Translations under genes and position numbers: made by a program
DNA from: Chiloscyllium plagiosum
Taxonomy: Eukaryota
DNA length: 64,000 nucleotides
Assembly (NCBI RefSeq): GCF_004010195.1
Contig: NC_057723.1
Coordinates: 6,694,781 to 6,758,780, forward strand
Direction: 5' to 3'
Shown here: one piece after another, positions 25,550 through 37,665 of the stretch
Layout: each line of letters starts with the position of its first letter
Position numbering within the stretch: the stretch's first letter is position 1
The notes under the pieces: model-generated
The model's input: the letters and a program-made list of their open reading frames with translations, nothing else
Databases searched by the model: none
What the model was told of the DNA's origin: nothing

Positions 25550-26245
25550 ATAGAGATGTCCCCTCACACTGAAACAGACCCTTCGTCCCAACTCCTCCAT
25601 GCTGATCAGATATCCTAACCTAATCTAGTCCCATTTGCCAGCACTTGGCCCATATCCCTCTAAACCCTTCCCATTCATATACCCATCCAGATACCTTTTA
25701 AATGTTGTAATTGTACCAGCCTCCACCACTTCCTCTGGCAGCTCATTCCATACATGCACCACCATCTGTGTGAAAAAGTTACCCCTTAGATCTGTGGCAC
25801 AGTGGTTAGCACTGCTGCCTCGCAGCGCCAGAGACCCGGGTTCAATTCCCGCCTCAGGCGACTGACTGTGTGGAGTTTGCACGTTCTCCCTGTGTCTGCG
25901 TGGGTTTCCTCCGGATGCTCCGGTTTCCTCCCACAATCCAAAGATGTGCAGGTCAGATGAATTGGCCATGCTAAATTGCCCGTAGTGTTAGGTAAGGGGT
26001 AAATGTAGGGGCATGGGTGGGTTGCGCTTCGGCGGGGACTTGTTGGGCCGAAGGGCCTGTTTCCACACTTTAAGTAACCTAATCTAATCTAATCCCTTTT
26101 ATATCTTTCCCCTCTCACCCTAAGCCTATGCCCTCTAGTTCTGCACTCCCCCACCCAGGGAAATATCTTGTCTATTTAACCTATCCTTGCTCTTCATAAC
26201 TTTGTAAACCTCTATAAGGTCACCCCTCAGCCTCCGATGCTCTAG
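25550..26245 (-). mobile_element. CR1 3' fragment with nested plus-strand HE1 SINE (about 25793-26093)
   Basis: CR1 sequence resumes (cccttttatatc) after the SINE's (taatc)n tail. Confidence 0.85.
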
Positions 26246-27868
26246 GATGCTAGAATATGGTATTAAGGTAGATACTCAGCCATGCTCTGGAATTGTGGAG
26301 CAGGCTAAAGGGACCAGATGACCTACTCCTGCTGCACTGTCCCTAGGTAGGATGGTGAGTGACTTGGAGGGGAACTTGGAGGGGTGATAGTGTTCCAAAT
26401 TACCTGCCACCCCTGTCCTTCTAGATGGTAGTGTTTGCAGGTTTGGATGTTGCTGTCTCAGTGGGTTGCTAAATGCATTCTGTTTTCCCTGGAGTGTTGG
26501 AGGCTGAGGGGTGACCTTATAAAGGTTTATAAAATTATGAGGGGCATGGATAGGATAAATAGGCAAAGTCTTTTCCTGGGGTGGGGGAGTCCAGAACTAG
26601 AGGGCATAGGTTTAGGGTGAGTGGGAAAGATATAAAAGAGACCTAAGAGGCAAATGGCGAATATAACTGTCCCGTGCAGAAACGCGATATATTGCTTGTC
26701 ATACCACGGACTAAGTCTGCAGGATAGTGAATGAGTTAGCAACTGAACTGTGAGGGATTAACAGAGTAAATGTTTGAACAAATCAGGGTTGACAACATTT
26801 CAAAAATGTTTTACATGGATACCCTTATGAAAGGTGCGGAGTAAATGCAAGTCTTTCATTTTATTTGTCTATTGCAGCTAATGAAGAGAACTATCAGGAG
26901 TGAGAATTCCCAAAAAAGTCAGCATTCCCACCTTAAAGGCTGAGATAATTCCTTTCCTTGTCTGAATGTCTCCGTTCCTTCATTGCTTTCTTCCTCAGGC
27001 CTGGACTCAGCTGTCTTGCCCACAACCAGTGAAGAAGCTGCTGACTTTAACTCTTCCCTTCTCTTGCCACTTCTTTGATGACAGACAGGATACTGCGGAG
27101 GATGCGATTGTGGAGGTTAAGCCGCTGGACTAATAATGTTATTCTAAATTGCACCAACTTGCTACATATCCATTTGTTAGCTGTGGGTGTTGCTGACTAA
27201 ACAGGATAGAACATTGGCTCTTATTGTAAGGAGATTGGACTATAAGAGTATGGAAATCTTACTGTTCAAGGTGCTGCCAGACCACATCTAGAGTACTGTG
27301 AGCAGTTTTGGCCCCCTTATTTATGAAAAGATATTGTTTCCCTGGAGGCAGTTCAGAGAAGGTTCATTTGGATGATCCCTGGTGTGGAGGGATTGTCTAA
27401 TGGGCAAGACTCTACTCACTGGAGTTCTGAAGAATGAGAGGTGATCTCACTGAAACATTTTGGATTCTTACAAGGCTTGACAGGGCAAATGCTGAGAGAA
27501 TGTTTCCTCTCTCACTCCTATCGGAAAGATGTTGTGAAACTTGAAAGGGTTCAGAAAAGATTTACAAGGATATTGCCAGGGTTGGAGGATTTGAGCTATA
27601 GGGACAGGCTGAATAGGCTGGGGCTGTTTTTCCTGGAGCGTCGGAGGCTGAGGGGTGACCTTATAGAGGTTTACAAAATTATGAGTGGCTTGGATAGGAT
27701 AAATAGGCAAACTCTTTTCCCTGGGGTGGGGGAGTCCAGAACTAGAGGGCATAGGTTTAGGATGAGTGGGAAAGATATAAAAGAGACCTAAGAGGTAACT
27801 TTTTCACGCAGAGGGTGGTATGGGTATGGAATGAGCTGCCAGAGGAAGTGGTGGAGACTGGTACAATT

Positions 27869-28426
27869 CAAAGTTTGGGAGAAGATTTGTAGCTCGGGTG
27901 CTCGTTGTTGTGGTTCTGTTCGCCGAGCTGGGAATTTGTGTTGCAGACGTTTCGTCCCCTTTCTAGGTGACATCCTCAGTGCTTGGGGAGCCTCCTGTGA
28001 AGCGCTTCTGTGATCTTACAACATCGAGGGCCAAAGGTCCTGTACTGCGCTGTATTTTTCTATGTTCTATGTTCCTGTTTGTCCTATGTAGTGTTTTGTG
28101 CCGTCCTTGCAGGGGATTTTGTACACTACATTGGTTTTGCTCATGTTGGGTATTGGGTCCTTCGTTCTGGTGAGTTGTTGTCTGAGAGTGGCTGTTGGTT
28201 TGTGTGCTGTTATGAGTCCTAGTGGTCGCAGTAGTCTGACTGTCAGTTCGGAAATGCTCTTGATGTATAGTATTGTGACTAGTCCTTTGGGTTGCAGCAT
28301 GTCCTCATTCCGTTGTCTTTCCCTTAGCCATCTGTTGATGAAATTGCGCAGGTATCCGTTTTCACCTAGACAGGGGACGAAACGTCTGCAACACAAATTC
28401 CCAGCTCGGCGAACAGAACCATAACA
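27869..28426 (-). mobile_element. Penelope-like element (Poseidon-type) with inverted partial pLTR
   Basis: AHKPTATLRQQL..KDP..NVVYKIPCKD..HYIGQTG (GIY-YIG); inverted repeat about 27905-27970 / 28362-28426; 12-bp TSD actggtacaatt at 27857-27868 and 28427-28438. Confidence 0.88.
27943..27982 (-). ncRNA. Putative minimal type-I hammerhead ribozyme motif in PLE pLTR
   Basis: GCA-CTGAGGA-T-GTCACC-TAGAAA-GGGGAC-GAA-ACGT-C-TGC: core, imperfect stem II, palindromic ACGT in place of stem III, 3-bp stem I GCA/TGC. Confidence 0.65.
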
Positions 28427-30579
28427 ACTGGTACAATTGCAATATTTAAGAAGCGTTTGGATGGGTATATGAATAGGAAGGGTTTGGAGGGATATGGGCT
28501 GGGTGCTGGCAGGTGGGACTAGATTGGGTTGGGATATCTGGTCGGCATGGACATGTTGGACCGAATGGTCTGTTTCTATGCTTCATCTCTATGACTCATG
28601 GGAGAGTCTGGGACCAGAGGGCAGCGTCTCAAGATAAAGCGGCATCAATTTAAGACAGAAATGAGGAGGAATTTCTTCTCTCAGAGGGTTGTGAATCTTT
28701 GGAACTCCTTGCCACAGAGAGATGTGGATGCAGAGTCCTCATATATATTTAAGGCTGAGATAGATAGATTCTTGATCAGTCGGGGAATCAAAGGTTATGG
28801 AGAAAAGGCAGGAAAGTGGATGTGAAGAGTGTTGGATTAGCCATGGTCCTATTGAACAGCAGAGCAGGTTTGAGGGGCCAAATGGCCTACTCTTGTCCCT
28901 ATTTCTTATGGTCTTATGGCTAAGCCAGAATTTCTTGCAGGTCGCTAATTGTATTTGAGAAGGCGGTGGTGAGCTGCCTACTGGAACCACTGCAGTCCAT
29001 GTGCTATAGGTAAAACTACAATGCTGTTAGAGAGGGAATTCCAGGATATTGACCCAGTGACAGCGAAGCAACGGCAATATATTTCCAAGTCAGGACGGTG
29101 AGGGGCTTGGAGGGGAAGTTGCAGAGGGTGATGTTCCCATGGTCCCCTGTCCTCTGGATGGTAAAATTCATGTTTGTGTGGTGCTTTAAGGAGCCTTGGA
29201 GAGTTGCTGCATCTTGTGGGAAGTGGAAAGTATTCCATCGCACTCCTGACTTGTGCCTTGGAAATGGTAGATAGGCTTTGGGGAGTCAGGAGGTTGACTA
29301 ACTCACTACAGGATTTCTAGCCTCAGTCCTATTCTTGTAGCCATTGTGTTTATCTGGCTAGTCCAGTTGGGCTTTTGGTCAATGGTAACCCCAGGTGATG
29401 ATAGTGGGTAATTCAAAGCCGGTAACAGCATTGAATATCAAAGGCAGATCCCAGTTTCCAGCAAGCCAACTAATTTCCTATGAATCAATACTGAAAAAAC
29501 AAATGCCCATGACTTGACAAAGGGTATCCTTTGTTCATAGAGGAGAATTAGAAAGTCATTACCCCTCAAGTCAGCATAGTAGCATCAGCCTAGTCTGTGT
29601 ATCGAGTGCTTAAACAAGTGAAGTTCAACACAATGCTGGGGGGTCAGACAAGAGTCAGTTTTCTTTCAGACCTTGGATACGAGACATCACCTTTTTTTAA
29701 GGCACACCCTCTTTGACTCCTTGCTGCAAGATGTAACTAACATTTGAACAAAGGCAAGGCACTGCAGATGCCGGAAACAAACACAGAGAGTGCTGGAGAA
29801 ACTCAGCAGGTCTGGCAGCATCCGTGGAGAGAACAACAGTGTTAATGTTTTGGGTCCAAAATAACGTTTTTTCAGAACTAACATCCTGACTCATCCTGAC
29901 CCCACAGCTGACAGTGTGAACAATGCTGGAATCTACATCTCATTATTTTGACACCTCACTTTATTTAACCCAGGGCTGGATGTCAAACCGCCTGTGGGCT
30001 GCAGTCATGATCTAAGAATACATTCCCACAGGATGCCTCAAATTCCTGCCATTTTCAAGATCCTGGGGAGTGGAAGGAACAAAGGAACATGAAGTGCAAT
30101 TGCCACTCAACCACTGTCAGTCATGGACTGTAAATAAACTTAACATACTAGATGACTGCATTTTTCATCAATGACATGCTGCCATCTGATTAATAGCCTC
30201 AATTTTCACCTCACAAACGTAGGCATTATTTACCTTCCTTGTGAAGATGAATTTACGGCATACTCACTCTTTTCCTCAGATGCCAATGACATTTCAAAAT
30301 GGTGGACATCCCGCCCATACTGCTTGCTTAGTTTTATGATCCCTGGGATCTTGAAGAGTTTTGCCGAGGCTGAAATTATTGGCCTATTGATCTGGTGACC
30401 ATTTATGCTCCTTGAAGAACTTAAAATCAAAGAATCATACAGTACAGAAGATTTCCTTTGGTCACGTGAATCTGCCAAAGTGGCCCAAAATGTACATCAG
30501 TCCCACTTTCCTGCACTAGGCCCCATAGCCTTGAATGTTATGACACTTAGGTTCAGGGTCGGATTAGAACAAATTAGCA

Positions 30580-31850
30580 TGGATTAAGTAAGGGTGGGTG
30601 TGCCTGACAAACCTGTTAGAATTCTATGAAGAGGTAACTAGTAGATTAGACCAGGGAAACCCAATGGATGTTATCTATCTAGACTTCCAAAAGGCCTTTG
30701 ATAAGGTGCTTCATGGGAGGCTTCTGAGTAAGGTGAGGGTGCATGGTGTTCAAGGTGAGCTACTGGCATGGATTGAGATTGGCTGTCTGACAGAAGGCAG
30801 AGCATTGGGATAAAAGGTTCTTTTTCAGAGTAGAGCCAGTGACAAGTGGGGTCCTACAGGGTTCAGTGTTGGGCCGCAGCTGTTCACTTTATATATTAAT
30901 GATCTGGATGAAGGGACTGGGAGCAGTCTGGTGAAGTTCGCCGATGATACAAAGTTAGATGGACAGGCAGGTAGTACTGAGGAAGTGGGGAGGCTGCAGA
31001 AAGATTTAGACAATTTGGGTTCAGGAAATGGCTGATGAAATTCAATGTGAGCAAATGCGAGGTCTTGCACTTTGGCAAAAAAGAATACAAGCATGGACTA
31101 TTTTCTAAACAGTGAGAAAATTCATAAAGCCAAAGTACAAAGGGATCTGGGAGTGCTAGTCCAGGATTCTCTAAAGATTAACTTGCAGATTGAGTCTGTG
31201 ATTAAGAAAGCGAATGTAATATTGTCATTTATCTCAAGACGGTTGGAATACAAAAGCAGTGATGTGCTTCTAAGACTTTATAAAGCTCTAGTTAGGCCCC
31301 ATTTAGAATACTGTGTCCAGTTTTGGGCCCCACACCTCAGGAAGGACACACTGGCACTGGAGCGTTACAAGTGAAGATTCACAAGGATGATTCCTGGAAT
31401 GGTAGGCCTAATATACGATGAACGGCTGAGGATCCTGGGATTGTATTCATTAGAGTATAGAAGGTTGAAGGGAGATCTAATAGAAACTTACAAGATAATG
31501 CATGGCTTAGAAAGGGTGGGCGCTGGCAAGTTGTCTCCGTTAGGCGGGGAGACTATGACCTGTGGGCACAGCCTTAGAATTAGAGGGGGTCAATTTAGAA
31601 CAGAAATGAGGAGACATTTCTTCAGGCAGAGAGTCGTGGGCCTGTGGAATTAATTGCCATGGAGTGCAGTGGAGGCTGGGACGTTAAATGTCTTCAAGGC
31701 AGAGATTGATAAATGCTTAATCTCACAAGGAATTAAGAGCTACGGGGAGTGTGTGGGTAAGTGGAGTTGAAATGCCCATCAGCCATGATTAAAAGACAGA
31801 CTGGACTCAATGGGCCAAATGGCTTTACATCCACTCCTATGTCTTGTGGT
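30580..31850 (+). mobile_element. 5'-truncated CR1 LINE (RT to 3' tail)
   Basis: CLTNLLEFYEEV, DVIYLDFQKAFDKV, KFADD, LYKALVRPHLEYCVQFWAP motifs. Confidence 0.92.
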
Positions 31851-32215
31851 CTTGTGAGATGCTTGTCCAAGTCCCTTTTAAAGGTTATGAGGTTTACTAC
31901 CTCAACTACCCTCCCATGAGGGCATCCTGAGCCCACACCCCCATCTGGGTGAAAAATGTTTTCCTCAATTCCCCTCTAAACCTCCCTGCCTTTCACCTCA
32001 AAATGAAAAGTAAGTTGGTGAGGGACAGAACAGATTGGGATCTTCGATCATTTCTCCTGATAAAGTCAAACACAATGGTTCAGGTTATTGCACAACTGTT
32101 ACCATGGGTCCATCTGTGTTTTTCCCTGAAATTTGTCTGTGTGTGTGTGTGGCGGGGGGGGGAGGGCGAGCATCTAACTAATGCTTGGTTAGACATTGTA
32201 CCTTGTGTGGGAGTC

Positions 32216-32535
32216 ATTAGATTAGATTACCTACAGTGCGGAAACAGGCCCTTCGGCCCAACAAGTCCACACTGACCCGCCAAAGCGTAACCCACCCAGA
32301 CCCATTCCCCTACATTTACCCCTTCACCTAACACTACGGGCAATTTAGCATGGCCAATTCACCTGACCTGCACATTTTTGGATTGTGAGAGGAAACCGGA
32401 GCACCCGGAGGAAACCCACGCAGACATGGGGAGAATGTGCAAACTCCACACAGACAGTCGCCTGAGGCGGGAATTGAACCCGGGTCTCTGGTGCTGTGAG
32501 GCAGCAGTGCTAACCATTGTGCCACCGTGCCGCCC
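32216..32535 (-). mobile_element. HE1 SINE, full length
   Basis: Reverse complement of the 21231 copy, with (taatc)n tail. Confidence 0.9.
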
Positions 32536-34158
32536 CAAATAGAGCATACAGCACAGAAACCGACCCTAGGGTCCAACTTGTCCATGCCAACCAGGTTTCC
32601 TAAACTGTTCTAGTCCCATTTGCCTGCATTTGGCCCATATCCCTCTAAACCTTTCCAAACGTCTTTTAATGTTGTAATTGTACCCGCCTCTACCATTTTC
32701 TCTGGCGGCTCATTCCATACACGCACCATCCTCTGTGTGGAAGCGTTGCCCCTTGGGTCCGTGTTAAATCTTTCCCCTCTTACCTTAAGCCTTTGCCCTC
32801 TAGTTTTGGACTCCCTCACCCTCTGGGAAAAATACTTTGGCTACTCTTGTTCTATCTTTATGTTCCTTACAATCTCATGAGACGCCTGTTCGAAATCAAC
32901 AGCAGTCCCCATCATGGCTGCTGCTTGCCTTTACCACTGACACCAGACTGGCAGTTCCTACTTCCTGCAGAGACCTAGCACCTCTAACAGAGTGCCAAGA
33001 GCAACCTGATCCCACCCCTCGACTAATCAGCCTCTCTATGGTTTAGAAATAGTGTGCCTAAGGCAATGTAGTTCAGGCTCAGGGTGGAGTCAACCTGCGT
33101 GTGAGATACCCAAATCCGCTCTTTAAAACCTGGGCCCTGGTTTCTGTGAGTAATGCAAATATTTAATCACCTCATCCTAGTGCGGTGCTATATCACTCAA
33201 TCGAAAAGAGAACTAAGGAACGTGGCTTCATGTTCTTCAGGATTCAATAATGACATTGCCTTCAGAATTGATTGGCATGGACCAGTTTGGGTCGAAGGGC
33301 CTGTCTTTGTGCTGTAGGACTCTATAACTCAAAATGTCCCCAGTCAAGTGACATGAAGGAAAGCCCAGCCTGAGGGATAGGGGACTGAGTTTAATTTAAG
33401 TGGCTTCAGCAACAATGTTCTTGATCATTTACCATTATCTTCATATGACTTCATTAGTTGGAAACATATTGGGTACAATACAAAGTAGTTCCCCAAAGGC
33501 ATGTCAACTTTAATCTATTTTTCCTACCCAAGCTGTTCAAAGATGTCACCACACACCTCTGAAACAGGTCAAACTTGTTCACGAGAGTAGCTCACCACAC
33601 GTTTCTCAGCAGCAATCAGGAATGATTAATAGTTACTGTTCTTGTCGCATCCTGTATACCTTTAGAAAAGTGATACGTGTTTGAAATAACCCTTTACGCT
33701 TTTGAAACATCCGAAACAACACTATAATGACACATCACCCCGTAACTAAGTGTTCTTGTGTAAATCTCAAACAATTTCAATCTCTGTTTCGTTTCATTTC
33801 ACCTCGTGTAATTTTGTTTCTTGGCATAAAGGTTTTAAAACTGGGACAACAAACAGGAGTGCCTCCACCAGAGTTGCCTTTCCATGAAGTGGTAGTTTTC
33901 CAGCCCTCATAATTACCCTGGGGTTGCAGATCTGTTGCTATTCAGCAGCAAGAACCAATTATTGCACAAAACGAAAAGCTGTGACACTGCCCTGCAGCAA
34001 CACAAACCATCAAATAGTTCTCTCACACAGGCAATATTTTGAAAGAATTCAAGAACAACGGCTATCCGATAAGCACAGTCCGCCGATTCTTACACAACAA
34101 ACCCAAACAAGAAGACACAACACACCCAGAGACTCTCACCACACTACCGTACATTAAA

Positions 34159-34286
34159 ATTCCTGAAGAAGGGCTTATGCCCGAAACGTCGATTCTCCTG
34201 TTCCCTGGATGCTGCCTGACCTGCTGCGCTTTTCCAGCAACACATTTTCAGCTCTGATCTCCAGCATCTGCAGACCTCACTTTCTC
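34159..34286 (+). mobile_element. 128-bp Penelope pLTR-derived mini-element with hammerhead-like core
   Basis: CTGAAGA-A-GGGC-TTAT-GCCC-GAAAC-GTC; exact 15-bp TSD ctaccgtacattaaa at 34144-34158 and 34287-34301. Confidence 0.85.
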
Positions 34287-34396
34287 CTACCGTACATTAA
34301 AGGCATCTCGGAGATGACGACCATGGGCATCATGGTAGCCCACAAACCTACCAACACACTGAAACAGCTCTTGATGAACCTAAAGGACCCTGTACC

Positions 34397-35104
34397 TTCA
34401 TATACAAAATGAGTATGAGTAGTTTTTATTTTTCATTCCTATCATATACAGCTGATACAGTAAATAGCTATCACAAAGCTAGTCCTTTTTTTTCTAAAAG
34501 CTGTTCCTTGGCTCAAGGATTCTCCGTCCTTGATTTTTTTCAGAGGGATAATAAACCAGGCCGGGCTCCGATCAGTCTGGTTTGTTACAGAGATGAAAAG
34601 GATTTTGAGCGGCCTTTTGTTTATATGCAAACAGATGAGACTTCAGGCCAAAGTGATCATGTTTTAGAAGGGACCTGTATAATGAAAGGGGAGTGGTCAG
34701 CTCTCTATCTGGGCAGTTTAGTTCAGTCCAGAACTGGTTGGGAGTTTAACAGTGAGCTGTGTGGAAACTCTCTCTTCTGCCCTTCTAACTTCAACCTGTA
34801 AGCACCTGACTTGTTTTGTACTGTGTTTTAAAGAGGGTTTGCTTATTGGGGCTGTTACTTATGGAACAGCGTACTTAAGTCTAGATTGGATAGACTGAGT
34901 TCTGCAGGGGGCTCCTTATTCTGTTCTTTGTGTTTCATTGGGTAATTTTGTGAATAAGTTTTTTGTCTGTTTTAAATCTGGTAGTCAACCTCACTAACTT
35001 ACTCGGGGTAATTTTCACTGTACACTTAGAGAAACAAATTGCAAAGTTATGGTCTGGGCTGCCCACTTAAGAATGGTTTGAGTTGTCTGGCCTAGCCCAT
35101 AACA
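34397..35104 (+). mobile_element. Possible solo LTR
   Basis: About 700 bp of non-coding sequence nested in the Penelope copy, ending ...cccataaca; 5' end and TSD not resolved. Confidence 0.35.
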
Positions 35105-35660
35105 CAGCATTCCTCCAGGACCTACATGGACAGCACAAACTACACAATTGTACACAGCATAAAGTGCATAAGAAGTGCAAAACACGCAAGTTCCAGTATA
35201 ACAGAAGAATGATAAATAAAAGACATTTCTCTAGCAGCAATTCAATCGTGCAAAGAATTTCAGATGGGAAAGAGTCTGATCATACTGTGATAAGGATCCT
35301 GATGGCTTGGGGAAGAAGCTGTTGCAGTCTGGCCGTGAAAGACCGAATGCTCCGGTATCTCCTGCCAGATGGCAGGAGGGAGAAGAGTTTGAGTGAGGGG
35401 TGTGTGGTGTCTTCCACAATGCTCTCAGCCTTTTGAATGGAGTGTAGTATAAATGTCCGTGATGGAGGGAAGAGAGACCCCCATGATCTTCTCAGCTGTC
35501 CTCAGTATCCGCTGTAGGGTCTTACCATCCGAGACAGTGCAATTCCCAAACCAGGCAGTGATGCAGCAGCTCAGGGTACTCTCAATAAACCCTCTATAGA
35601 ATATGGTGAGGATGGGACGTGGGAGGTGGGCTTTCCTCAGCCTGTGCAGAAACTAGAGAA
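35105..35660 (-). mobile_element. Rex/Babar-like LINE 3' fragment
   Basis: RGFIESTLSCCITAWFGNC...LQRILRTAEKIMG on the minus strand. Confidence 0.7.
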
Positions 35661-36416
35661 TACCCCGCAAGAACTGCAACAAACATTACATCGGACGGAC
35701 AGGCAGGAAACTAGCCACCAGAATACAGGAACACCAACTAGCCACCAAAAGACATGACCAACTATCCTTACACACAGACAACAAGGGACACCAGTTCGAC
35801 TGGGACAATACATCCATATTGGGACAGGCTAAACTAAGACACATATAGGAATTCTTAAAGGCCTGGCATTCAAACCGGAACTCCATTAACAAACACATCA
35901 ATTTGGACGCCATTTACCAACCTCTCAGAAACAGAACCGGAAGTGATATCACCCACCGTAACAGACCAAGACACATAAATAGAAAGCGAAACAGGACACC
36001 AGTGCTTCACTGATGATGTTACCTAGCCTGGTGACAAAACATCTGAGAACATATCTTCCAGCTCAGCGAGCAAACTTACAACCTGAACGTTTTTAAAGTT
36101 GATTGGCTCAACTGGAGTTTGGAACTAAGTCAATCTATTTGGTGCAATTTCCAATTCAAAAGGCCTTACTTCAGCTTCTCTACTGGCTGTGCTCAGTTTC
36201 ATTTGGTTCCAGCACCCCTGGTTTGAGCAGAACAAAAGTTCAAACGTTTCCTACACCTCCTGATTCCCCAAAGTCTGTCCATTATCCACAAGGCACAAGT
36301 CAGGAGTGTGATGGAAAACTTCCCCACTTCCCTGGAAGAGTGCAGTTCCAACAACACTCAAGGAACTCAACACCATCCAGGACAAAGCAGCCTGTTTGAT
36401 TGGCATCACATCCACT

Positions 36417-36545
36417 CCTGAAGAAGGGCTTATGCCCGAAACGTCGATTCTCCTGCTCCTCGGATGCTGCCTGGCCTGTTGTGTTTTTCCAGCACCACAT
36501 TTTTCAACTCTGGTACTCCAGCATCTGCAGTCCTCACTTTCTCCT
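36417..36545 (+). mobile_element. 129-bp Penelope pLTR-derived mini-element with hammerhead-like core
   Basis: Same element as 34159-34286; TSD atcacatccact at 36405-36416 and 36546-36557; inserted in a LINE fragment. Confidence 0.85.
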
Positions 36546-36699
36546 ATCACATCCACTCCCTCCATGACCGATGCTCAGTAGCAGCAGTGTGTACAATCTA
36601 CAAGACGCACTGCAGAAAATCACCAAAGATCCTTAGACAACACCTTCCAAACCCATGATCCATCTGGAAGGACAATGGCAGCAGATACATGGGAATACT

Positions 36700-36871
36700 G
36701 AAACCAAAGAGAAAATGCTGGAAAATCTCAGCAGGTCTGGCAGCATCTGTAAAGAGAGAAAAGACCTGATGTTTCGAGTCTAACTGACCGCTTTGACAGT
36801 CAGACCTGCTGAGATTTTCCAGAATTTTCTCTTTTGGTTTCAGATTCCAGCATCCGCAGTAATTTGCTTTT
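36700..36871. mobile_element. Penelope pLTR-derived fold-back insertion
   Basis: Arms ctggaaaatctcagcaggtctg / cagacctgctgagattttccag; 15-bp TSD atac(a/g)tgggaatact at 36685-36699 and 36872-36886. Confidence 0.8.
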
Positions 36872-37309
36872 ATACGTGGGAATACTACCATCTGCAAGTT
36901 CCCCTGCAAGCCACTTACCATCCTGAGTTGGAAATATATTGCCGCTCCTTCACTGGGTCAAAATCTGAGAGTTCCCTTCCCAAAGGCATTGTGGACAGCA
37001 CAGGGACTGCAGCGGTTCAGGAAGATAGCTCACCCCCACCTTCTCAAGGTGCAACTAGGGACGGGTAATAATGCTGGGCTCAGCCAGCGACACTTACATC
37101 CCATGATTGAATACAAACAAAATGCCAGACTCAAAATGATAACTCTCCACTGAAGCTGCAGCCCTGCTGCGTTTATCCAACAATTGCTGTATATAAATCA
37201 GATTTCTAGCCATTGCTTGATTTTGCCTTGAGTATCTCTTTCCACCTCAGACAAAGCTTGCACCAGAACAATCCCTTTGCAGTCGGACAGGATGTGGTGG
37301 GAAATTTGA

Positions 37310-37665
37310 TGGGGTGGTAATGGCTGAGTAGTATTATCACTAGACTGTTAATCCAGAGTCCCAGGTCATGCTGTGGGGACCTGGGTTCGAATCTCATCGT
37401 GGCATAGGGTGGAATTTGAATTCAATAAAAATCTGGGATTAGGAATCTCGTGATGGCTATGAATCTGTTGTTGATTGTGGGGGAAAACCCATCAGGTTCA
37501 CTAATGTCCTTTAGGGCAGGAAACTGCCATCCTTACCTGGTCTGGCCTATGTGTGACTCCAACCTTATAGCAATACGGTTGACTCTTAAATGCCACCTGG
37601 GCAATTAGGGACGGGCAATAAATGCTGGTCAAGCCAGCAATGCCCATGTCATATGAATGAATCTA
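37310..37665 (+). mobile_element. SacSINE1/DeuSINE-like SINE
   Basis: tRNA-like head (gggttcgaatc), ccttacctggtctggcct core, gggcaataaatgctgg tail shared with the second LINE family. Confidence 0.7.

Larger units (their letters stand above)
27510..28597 (+). mobile_element. CR1 (HER1-like) 3' fragment interrupted by a Penelope insertion
   Basis: YRKDVVKLERVQKRFTRILPG...RGHRF; sequence resumes after the TSD at 28427. Confidence 0.88.
33975..36085 (+). mobile_element. Poseidon-type Penelope element split by nested insertions
   Basis: FKNNGYP...LPYIK...AHKPTNTLKQLLMNLKDP (to about 34396) resumes at about 35661 with HYIGRTGRKLATRIQEH; pLTR with decayed CTGATGA core near 36010. Confidence 0.82.
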
